From contig MU056000.1 of NCBI GenBank assembly GCA_013239625.1, positions 9,222,328-9,242,327 on the forward strand: 20,000 nt of DNA, written 5' to 3'. Below the pieces are notes generated by a model, which searched no databases, was not told the DNA's origin, and was given only the letters and a program-made list of their open reading frames with translations. A program made the translations under genes and the position numbers. How positions within the stretch are numbered: the stretch's first letter is position 1; each line of letters begins with the position of its first letter. Below, piece by piece: positions 11,030 to 20,000 of this stretch. The DNA is from Lama guanicoe (taxonomy: Eukaryota).

Positions 11030-11690
11030 AAAATATATAAAAATTAAGAGCATCCAGGCAGTATAAAAACTGAATTCATCCATACAGAAAAAACAAAAAC
11101 AGGCTGGCTTAAGACTTGTTTTTGGCACATTAAGGAAAAAAATGTATATATGTGTGTGTGTGTGTGTATATACACATTCTTAAATATATGTTTGAGTTTA
11201 ATATGGTACCAGCAAAATGATGTTATCTATTAAATTATGCTGAGATAATTATTTAATCATATGGGAATAAATAAAAGCTTTACTTACATCAAACACCAGA
11301 AAAAATAACTGTACTTAATTTTAAAATCTAACAAGATTTATAAAAGAAATAAAATCTTACAAAAAAGAAAGACACAAATGAATATGAGCATACATTTAGA
11401 GGAAAGGATTCTTCAATAATCCACATGAGTAAAGTGTAAAAGAGAAAATGTTGATGAGTTTGACCAATAAAAATGAATGACATTTACATCATAAAAATAA
11501 ACAACATTAAGAGGCAAATTACAAATTAAGGAAAAATGTACAATACGTGAAGAAATGTGTTGATATATTTAATGTCTAGAGAACCATTTACAAATCATTA
11601 AAAGAACATCTCGCAATGTAAAATTGGACATAGTTTACATAAAAATGTGTTTCATAAATAAAAGCTTGATTTCAGTGAGAATAAGAAAAT
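11030..11690 (+). mobile_element. Very old L1 (L1ME-like) fragments
   Basis: A-rich strand bias; 'aaaagagaaaatgttgatgagtttgaccaataaaaat...aacattaagaggcaaattacaaattaaggaaaaat' resembles ORF2 C-terminal L1ME. 11040-11135 resembles ORF1 'QITYKG..IRL..DF'. Confidence 0.55.
11143..11176. repeat. (TA)n(TG)n(TA)n microsatellite
   Basis: tgtatatatgtgtgtgtgtgtgtgtatatacaca. Confidence 0.9.
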
Positions 11691-12099
11691 TATACCAGAC
11701 TTTATTTCCCACAACACTCACCATAGTATTGTAACTGATATCAATAAAATATTTCTAGTTGTTCCCCATGCCAGCGGCTTTGATGTCAGTCTTCACTGAT
11801 CTAACATTTACCTAAATTTGTTTCCACTTGCTCAATAAAGTCTATGGTCTTAGAACTCAAGTAGATAAATCAAAACAACAGCATTCATAACATAGTATGC
11901 CCAAATTTAATTTGGAATTTTTATTAACCACTTTATCTTTCATAACTATTGAATAAAGTGTGTCTCTACAGGCACAAGCTACATAATGTTCAAAATCCTA
12001 ACAGAAAATAAGTGAAATAAAGTTGCTACAAATTTAAAGGTGGTTAATAGCAACATGAAACATGTTTTTAATTTAAACGGTATTTAAATCTTAGTCATT

Positions 12100-12578
12100 T
12101 ATAGTAGGTCAAGTAATATCCACCAAAGATGTTCTCGTCCTGATCCCAGAATCTGTGAATATGTTACCTTATAGGACAAAAAGATGTGATTATGGATTTT
12201 AAGATTAGATTGTGCTGGATTAACCAAGTGAGTCCAAAGAAATCACAAGGTCCTCATAAGAGGAATGAAGGAGGATCACAGTCAAGAAAATATATGAGGA
12301 TGTTGACAGACGTTGTAAATGAGAGAAGATGCTACACTATCGGCTTTGAACATGGGGGAAGGGGCCACGAGCTGAAGGGTATGGTGGCCTTCAAAAACTG
12401 GAAAGGGCAAGAGCATGAGATTCACATGGAGCCTCCAGAAGGAGCCAGGCTTGTCAACGCCTTCATGTTAGTCTAGTGAGGATGATTCTAGACTTCTGAC
12501 TTCAGAACTGTAACATAAGCTGCGTTGTTTTAAACCACTAAAATGCGATTTGTTAGAGCAGCATTTGAGACTATTACA
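12100..12578 (+). mobile_element. MaLR solo LTR, MLT1D-like, near full length
   Basis: 'aaagatgttctcgtcctgatcccagaatctgtgaatatgttacctta', 'tcggctttgaacatgggggaaggggccacgagctgaagg', 'ggagcctccagaagga' and 'gacttctgacttcagaactgtaa'. End 'gcagcatttgagactattaca'. Confidence 0.9.
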
Positions 12579-12685
12579 AGGTAATCTTTTAACTTTGAAA
12601 TCAGAGAGCTTAACTTCAAAGTTGGACACATGATTTTAAACAGGACTTGTCTTGGATGTGGGAAACTCTTTATAAAGATGGTTCT

Positions 12686-13975
12686 TGGGCTTTTCATTTC
12701 AGACCTTAAATGTAAACTTTACAAGAAGATAAATAAACTGAAAATCAGTGAATTTCCTTAGATCTATCAGAGAAATGAGGAAACAGGGCCGGCTGCCACC
12801 TGTAATTCAGAGAGGGAGGTAGACACCAAGAATCACAACTAAGATCATCTTATCGGGAACAGAAGCTGCTAGAGCAAGTAGCTGGAATACGTAAAGGCAA
12901 TTTTGATGAACTGCTGGTGGCTGAGAGCGGACTACTCTGGGAGTTAAGAATTCCTGGGGTCTCTGCCCTGTGAGGTCCCCATACGATCATGGCTTTTACC
13001 TACAAAAGCCCCACTGAGTTCTAACAGTGAAGAAGGGAGAAAAATTCCCCTCAGGTTTCAGGCAAGGTAGGGGAAAAGTAACCAGTTTGAAATATTCCCA
13101 GAGTGTTCTTCATACCAATGATCTACCTTCCAATGGAAGCTTCTTTACCAGAGCCTCACTAGACCACAGGGAGGGGCAGTCAAACAGCTCCTGCCCCCCT
13201 AGACTTCTGTCCCATATGGGGAAAAAACTCAAAGAAACACTTCTCTAGGTCTCAACCCCAGGACTCAGGGCCCCTACAGAAAAGAAAACTAAATTCAGCC
13301 ATATATGCTTCCACCTCAGGAAACCATAGAATGAAGAGCAACATGAAAGTAAATAGAAGAAATAAAATGTTAAAATAAGAGCATAAATCAATACAATTGA
13401 AAACAGAGAGCAACGAGAAAAATCAGTAAAATCAAGACTAGTTTTCTGCAAAGATCAATAGTGTTTGTAAACCTACAGTGAGGATAACCAAGGGAAAAAA
13501 GAAGACACAGATTACTAACTCCCAAACTGAAGGCTATCAATAATGATCCTATGGACACTAAAGGGATAACAGGAGAAGATTATGAAAATCTCCATGGTTA
13601 CAAATCTGATAACGTCGGTGAAATGGACCAATTCCTTAAAAGACACAAACTACCAAAACTTACAAGGAGATAAACATAAATTATTCTCTACGACACTGTA
13701 ACAATGGATACATGATGTTACACATTTGTAAATATTCATAGCTATACAACCCAAAAAGGGGACTTTGTGTAATCTATGAACTTTAGTTAATGATAGCATA
13801 TCAATATTCATTCATTAATTATTAACAAATATACTACAGAAATGCAAGATGTTAATAATAGCTGAAACTGTGTGCCCTGGGTGATATATGGGAACTTTCT
13901 GTACTGTCAGCTCAAGGCTCAAATATTCTGTGAATACAAAACTTTAGACTTAGAATAGTGCCTTAATTAAAAATA
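12686..13975 (+). mobile_element. Internally deleted L1MC-type element: 5' UTR (~12686-13280), ORF2 piece (~13285-13680), L1MC1/2-like 3' end (~13680-13975)
   Basis: 5' part 'aaactgaaaatcagtgaatttccttagatctatcagagaaatgagg...ttgatgaactgctggtggctgagagcggac' resembles L1MCa/L1MDa 5' ends. The middle has 'gaaatggaccaattccttaaaagacacaaactaccaaaact' (EMDQFL...LPKL). The 3' part has 'atggatacatgatgttacacatttgt...atgcaagatgttaataatag...atgggaactttctgtact'. Confidence 0.8.
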
Positions 13976-15687
13976 TGTACATTTCTGGATTCCTTTAAAT
14001 TTACCTTTTATTGTAAAAAAGAAAAATAGAACTGATCATTTACCTGGTGGTATCAATGCCCAAATTTTGGTGGCAGAAAACTTTCTCCTCTTTTAATGCA
14101 TATGTAAACCCCATTCAATTTATGTATTTTTTAAAAAATCTTATTAGTTATTAAATTTTTTTGGATTTTTTTTTACTGCTTCTACTGCCTGTTTTTCTAT
14201 TTTTGTTCTTGGAATGTAAAATCATAGCCTTTTGCAACAGGAACACTTTTTCTCAGTGGATTACACTGTAATGTAATTCTGGCTACTACTTACTAGAAAA
14301 AAAAAATCAAAGGAAATGAACCTAAATACTGATTCCAGAAATGCATTTGGTGAGTGTGATTGGCTTGATTTGTGACGACAACTACCTTGCTTAAGCTCAC
14401 TGAACTTAATTCGAACCGTATCTACAGACCCCAGTTTTTCCATCAGTTGTGCTGAGCTGAAGCATCTGACCAGAGTTCTAAACAAGGCATTGTCTTTTAG
14501 AGAGGAAGGCGTTCTCCTCAGCCCTCAGGGAATTATCTTTTGAAGTGGATGTGGCAACAGCACTGAGGTAAAGAATTAAATGGAGGAAATGAGGCCACGC
14601 TGGGAAAAATGGAAAGAGAAAAATGTTCTGCAGACATAGCAGCAAGAACCATATCACAGTTGGGATTAAACAGAGACTGGAGGTGCTAGATTTCTTTGGA
14701 TCTGTTTGGGTTTTTTTTTTTTTTCTCTAAATATAGGTGTCAATAAGAAAATCAATCTTAATTAAAGGACTTTAGCAACAAATATTGTTACACCCCAAAA
14801 TGTGGAAATTTAGCTATTGTTTAAAAGTACAAAACCAAGGATCCATTGGCAAATGAACAGAGGTAGAATGCAGATGTGCAGTTAACATGCTACGTCCGCT
14901 GAAACTCTCCTGAAGTGCGCTGGGATGCCCAAGGGTAATGCGCTATACATGTGTAGGCAGCATTTACTTTCAATGTAAATGCAATCTTAAAACTTTTAAC
15001 AACACATTTATGACACTTATTTTTGTTTTTTAAAAAAATCCCACCTGGGGGTCCTTCAAGCAAACAGCACACATCCAGGTACAGCTCTCATTTTCTTCAT
15101 TTCATTCAAGAAAAGGAAAGCAGAAGCTCGTTGACCAGCCTCCCCACTAGGACTGGCAAGCATCTAACTGCGGACTTTGGATTCATGGAACCAGCGACTT
15201 AACTAAAGATTTCTCATTAGACTGTCTCCAGAGACTAAAGGTGAGCAGCCCTATGGATGCTAGCGAGATTAAAACATAAAATAGTAAACTTAGGCATATG
15301 ACATTCAAACTGCAATAAGTAAAAAATAACAGCAACAACAAAAAAGTCTTGACAGCAGGAGAAGCACTGGCGTTTAGTGTCTCCATCTTTCTGAGCTATC
15401 ACCAGCCTCTTCTAGGCAGCAGTGAAAAAAGCCATCGTGCATCATCTTAGTCCAGAAGCGGTGGAAGTGGCCACAGTCTACTGGAGTCTGGTCGGGAGGG
15501 GCTGGCATGATGGGACTGACTGGTTCCCCTCTCAGGTGGGCACAGTGGAGGCCAAGCCAGAGTCGAACGTACAGGAGGCTGAGATTTTTGTCAGTATTAG
15601 CACTGCGGATCAGAGGGTGGTTTTGCTTTACTTTGAGAAAATATCTGATGGCCCAGAGGAAGTACGATCCAAATAAATATGAAGAGC

Positions 15688-16084
15688 TGGAGACTGTCAT
15701 TCTAAGTGAAGTAAGCCAGGAAGAGAAAGAAAAATACCATATGAGATCGTTCATATGTGGAATCTTAAAAAAAAAAAAAGCATAAATACAAAACAGAAAC
15801 AGACTCATGGACATAGAATACAAACTTGTGGTTGCCAAGGGGGAGGAGGGTGGGAAGGGGCAGACTGGGAGTTCAAAATCTGTAGATACCGGCAGGCATA
15901 TGCAGGATAGATAAACAAGATTATACTATATAGCACAGGGAAATATATGGTAGCTCACAGTCAAAAAAAAAAAAGTGACAATGAGTATATGCATGTCCAT
16001 GTGTAACTGAAAAATTGTGCTCTGCACTGGAATCTGACACAACATTGTAGAATGACTATAATTCAATAAAAATAAAAGTTAAAA
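15688..16084 (+). mobile_element. Young 5'-truncated L1 3' end (artiodactyl/camelid type) with 13-bp TSD
   Basis: 'tggagactgtcattctaagtgaagtaagccag..aaataccatatg' (ORF2 end ILSEVSQ..K.KYHM), then 3' UTR and AATAAA with an A tail. TSD aaatatgaagagc (15675-15687) / aaatataaagagc (16085-16097), 1 mismatch. Confidence 0.93.
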
Positions 16085-16986
16085 AAATATAAAGAGCATA
16101 TAAACTTAATTAAATATAAGTAATTGTCCAGGGTTGTCATGATAATAGGTAGGGGAAAATGCAGAGTATAATAAATAATGTTTGGCGCATAAAACACATG
16201 CTCATCAGCAGTATTAGGGTTACACCCTCATAGGGATATAAATGTACTGCCTGCCTTTATCTTTTTTTCCAAAATAAACCAATAGTGAGGTTCGGATGAC
16301 TTGTCATAGCTCAGTAACAATAAAATGATCATATTAAAAGCGTTGTTGGAAGAACAAAAGGCGAGGATGCTGGGAATGCATTGCAGAAAGTAATGCCATA
16401 TCAGCAAATCTAAATGAATTATATAAGGTTTGGGTATGATTTGTAGGGAGTAGAAATGCCATAAATTTCTCATTATTCCTAGTGAGGAGTCATTTTATGC
16501 TGTTTAAAATCGTCAGTGTAATTTAAAACACAGGTATATCATCAAAAAATAGGAGCTAAATTGAGGAAGGGACAAGGAAAGGAAACACAGCTTTGAATAT
16601 TTTTATTTTTTACATATAGCTATTCTTTACTAATGGATTATTATTGTTGGGGGAATATTAAAAACAAAATCTTCTGCCAACTGAGAAAATCTCTCCACAA
16701 AAGAAGAGAACAAAAAATTTTTATTATTGAATAACCATTATGCAGAATGTGATGCAAGTCACAGGCAGTTTGCTGAAGATCACAAAGACGGAAAGAAATC
16801 TCCCCCTTCTTATGTAGCCAGCTAGGGAAATCATTACATGCTGTCAATATGAATACTAATTCTCTGCAAGTAAGAGAGGACTTGACAGCATCATTTGTCA
16901 CACATTGTTCATTCTAAATTCATCTGGTAATTTGCTGGTCATGTGTTTGCTAATTACCTTTACCCAGAGGAAAACATAAACATTTG

Positions 16987-17051
16987 TACACACACACACA
17001 CACACACATATATATACATATAGGTATGTATATATACATATACATATATAT
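16987..17051. repeat. (CA)n/(TA)n/(TACA)n compound microsatellite at the L1 tail
   Basis: tacacacacacacacacacacatatatatacatataggtatgtatatatacatatacatatata. Confidence 0.95.
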
Positions 17052-17441
17052 TATTGAAATATGGTCAGTTTACAATGTTGTATCAGTTTCTGGTGTACAG
17101 CATAAGCTTCAGTCATGCATGAACATGAACATACATATATTCGTTTTCACATTCTTTTTCACCATAAGTTACTACAAGGTATTGAATGTAGTTCCCTGTG
17201 CTATAGAGTAAGAACTTGGTGTTTATCTAATTTATATATAGTAGTTAGTATCTGCAAATCTCGAACTCACAATTTACCCCTTCCCACCCTCTTCGCTTCT
17301 GGTAACCATGTTTGTTTTCTCTGTGAATCTGTTTCTGTTTTGTAAATGAGTTTGTTTGTTTGTTTAAGATTCCACATATAAGTGATATCATATGGTATGT
17401 TCCCTTCTCTTTCTGGCTTACTTCACTTAGTATGACAATCT
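17052..17441 (-). mobile_element. Young 5'-truncated L1 3' end, antisense
   Basis: Reverse complement starts 'agattgtcatactaagtgaagtaagccagaaagagaagggaacataccatatgatatcacttatatgtggaatct' and ends 'aacattgtaaactgaccatatttcaataa'. Homologous to 15688-16084. Confidence 0.92.
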
Positions 17442-19389
17442 AATCAATTTATGAAGGTTTGTAGCTTTGCAACTTGGAGTTAGGCACCCAGAAGTTAGGC
17501 TCATACTGTCCTATGGAAACTTAAGAAAGAGATGCTTCTTCCCCTAATTTCAAAGAGATGGCCTTTGGGTCTTTGGGGGAAAAAAATTCTAGAGTTATAA
17601 AACTGTCAATGCTTATCTTAGCTTTTAAAAAGTTTTGCATACATCTCAAAGTGGCAGAGAAAGAATATACAATTACAAGTTTTCTAAAGTAAACGCTTTA
17701 AGAATAAGGAGCGATCCTTTTCTTCCTTCAGGAAGATTCTTTTCCTTACTGGTGATTTGTATCCATCCTATGTTATTGACATTGTCTTTTTTTATAGTAA
17801 AATATAACATAATAAGGTTTAATGTTGATTGCAGATATAAGTGGGATTTGGGGAAGGATATAAATATTGTTTTAAATGTCATCATCCTTGCATGGGACCA
17901 AAGATATATTTACACAGAAATGCAAACATTCCGTTTACAATCAACAAATCTGATCCTTGTAATAGATCTCATTTTATATTGGGCTACTGTGGCATGATAT
18001 TTTTCAGAAAGTGACTCAAACCAAATTTCGGTATATCTGCCCTTCATTTTTGTGAATTAAAAAATAAATAATTATTCTCCCAAGTTCAGCAGTATTAGGT
18101 GGAAGCTTAGCCAACAGAAAGAAAAAGTAAAAAGGATCAAAAAATAAACAAACAGCCTATACTCACTTTTGCTTGTTTTCTATTTCTTGTATAACTTCCG
18201 TACAACTAACTGTATGAATCAAGCCTACAATTACTCAAGTCCATGATATTTTAGGATCTTTTCAAGCCACCAATATTTGAAGACCTTTAAGGCTATTTAT
18301 TTTATCATTATGTGTATTTATCTGAAGTGTTCTTTATAGAGGTGTCCTTGGAAGAAGCAAGTTTATTATAAATCAATATCTGATGTGTAAAGTGAAGCCT
18401 CAAATTTCTGACTGTTATTGGACTGTATTCTTTCTGTGTAACCTCAATATTTATGACATGTCTTCCCAATTAACTGACGTAGACGAGGTGATCTGGGATA
18501 TGGGTCCCTACATCTAAAGGCACATCCTTGTCTCCCACCTCCCATGAATAATTATCACTGACATAAATTTCAAACCATCATAAATGTATCTACCAAACAT
18601 GGTCAAAAGTCCAAAAGTCCTATGGCTTTTATGCATGTTCTAACAACAAACTCTTCCTGCTTTTTTATAGAGGTTATGTTTTAAGAGGTTGATAAATTAC
18701 CTGCCACAAATCCATAGAATGCTAAGAATGGAGAACTATGTTAATATCTAAGTTGATATCTTGGCATCTCTTCTTTTTCTTGGACTTCAGATTTTAAAAA
18801 GCTATGCTGACATTATATTTGATTATTTTAAGGAAGTAGAAGGTGAAGATTCAGTTTAGACATTTTTCTATTGTACAGATGTCACCTGGAGATTTTTAGT
18901 AAAATGTCCTGCCCAGAAGGGGAGAATAAATTATAATAGTCAATATTTAATCCAAGACTTTCCATAAGTGTGTTTCCTTACTACTGAAGTTACATTTGCA
19001 TTTAATATTTACATCACTTGTTGAAATGGGAAAGGTCTGAGATGTGAACAAGTTTGCTATTTATTTAAAAGTGTGATTTTTTTTTCTTTTCTCACCTACT
19101 GATGGGACAATTATCCATATGCGTTCACTCTTTCAGGCACTTGTCCTTTCCAATGAATCAGAGGAAAAGGTATCATTTTTCATCTTCTTGTTCTTTCATA
19201 AGTTTGCTTATAAAAGTCAAGCTTGAAAATATTACTTGGGATTTAACTTTGGTTTTCTTAATTTCTGTAACATAGTATTTGTATTTCAATTATGCGGGGT
19301 CCTACTTTCACTTTGAAAAGAAAAAAACTGGAAAAAGGCATTGCTCGCACCCTGACAACAGAAAAATTCAGATAATCTAAATAATCATC

Positions 19390-19860
19390 ATTTTCCTCAA
19401 GCCACCAAGAGCCAATTTCAAATTGCCTCAGGTTTAAGAAAAGAAATGTCTTTGCAAAGAGAGACCAATGCAGTCTTGGCTCAGCTCCCAGAGACCACAG
19501 TAGGAACCAGCATCTCTAATCATGTAAACAGGTAGGAACTCAGGAAGAACCTTTAACAAACTTCCAAACGCTGAGTATCAGCAAATGTGAAATAACCTAC
19601 CACAGAGCCCAGCTCCCAGAGGACCATTATGACAGTGTGTCCACAGGAAAGCACCCCCTTCTTGACCCCAGTGTGTTCCAGGAAATGGCTAGCTACGGAA
19701 TGAACTTCGTTCCTAATACTGAACAGTCCTTCACCACTTAAAATGTCCTGAAACTTCTTATTGGCCCCGTTACACCCAGCCTAGAACCAATTATAAAGTC
19801 TCGACAGCTTGCAAAATCCTCATCATATCAGAATGTTTGCCAGCCAGAGCCTGTCTTGGT
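19390..19860 (-). mobile_element. Possible very old MaLR LTR (MLT1M/N/O-like), antisense
   Basis: 'caagccaccaagagccaatttc...tttaagaaaagaaatgtctttg...gaaccagcatct...ggtaggaactcaggaag' loosely follows antisense old MLT1 consensus. Confidence 0.35.
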
Positions 19861-20000
19861 ATACCCTCTTTTCTTCCCCTCTAAGACTTAACATTACTTC
19901 ATAACATATTTGTAACTTTGAAATGAAAGTAACTGCAGATAGTTGTTTTTTTTTTATGTTAGTTTATGGATAAGCAGACTTTGTCCCAGACTTTTTTCTC

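Larger units (their letters stand above)
16645..17745 (-). mobile_element. ERV1-class solo LTR, MER67(C)-like, split by an L1 insertion at ~16987-17440
   Basis: Left half 'aaaacaaaatcttctgccaac..gaaaatctctccacaaa...tttattattgaataa...gaggacttgacagcatcatttgtcacaca'. Right half 'tttgcaacttggag...gaagttaggctc...atttcaaagagatggc...catctcaaagtggcagagaaagaatatacaattacaagttttctaaagtaaa'. Both are colinear with the antisense MER67 consensus as recalled. Confidence 0.8.

Noticed and set aside
12186..12476. 96-aa ORF
   Set aside because: Lies wholly within an MLT1D LTR; chance frame.
15507..15785. 92-aa + strand ORF, or a chimeric mRNA-L1 retrocopy including 15350-15675
   Set aside because: The C-terminus is L1 ORF2 (ILSEVSQ). 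The TSD at 15675-15687 shows the upstream sequence is pre-existing flank and not part of the insertion.
17635..17997. 120-aa ORF
   Set aside because: Non-ATG start, begins in the MER67-like LTR, has AT-driven composition and no recognisable domain.
18870..18920. MER5A-like DNA transposon fragment ('tcacctggagatttttagtaaaatg')
   Set aside because: The match is too short to support.
1..20000. CRISPR array, operon or prokaryotic defence system
   Set aside because: There are no regularly spaced repeats and no gene-dense coding structure; the sequence is dominated by mammalian retroelements.

Overview
AT-rich mammalian non-coding DNA (intronic or intergenic), most likely from a camelid, judging by a Vic-1-type tRNA-Ala-derived SINE. 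I recognise no protein-coding gene, true RNA gene, CRISPR array or prokaryotic system. Roughly half the window is a layered record of retroelements: ancient L2 and MIR, MaLR LTRs (MLT1 family), an ERV1 MER67-type LTR, old L1M/L1MC/L1ME pieces, L1MA9-like 3' ends and two young L1 3' ends. The ORFs in the track are chance or repeat-derived. The points most worth checking are: (i) two young L1 3' ends in inverted orientation, truncated at almost the same nucleotide; (ii) an ATG-initiated 118-aa ORF that appears when one L1 is removed at its TSD; (iii) a probable twin-priming 5'-inverted L1; (iv) an internally deleted L1MC that keeps both ends; (v) short CpG-retaining unique segments that may be regulatory. 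Repeat names come from by-eye recall of consensus sequences, and boundaries are approximate unless a TSD is given. I found no convincing novel biological system.
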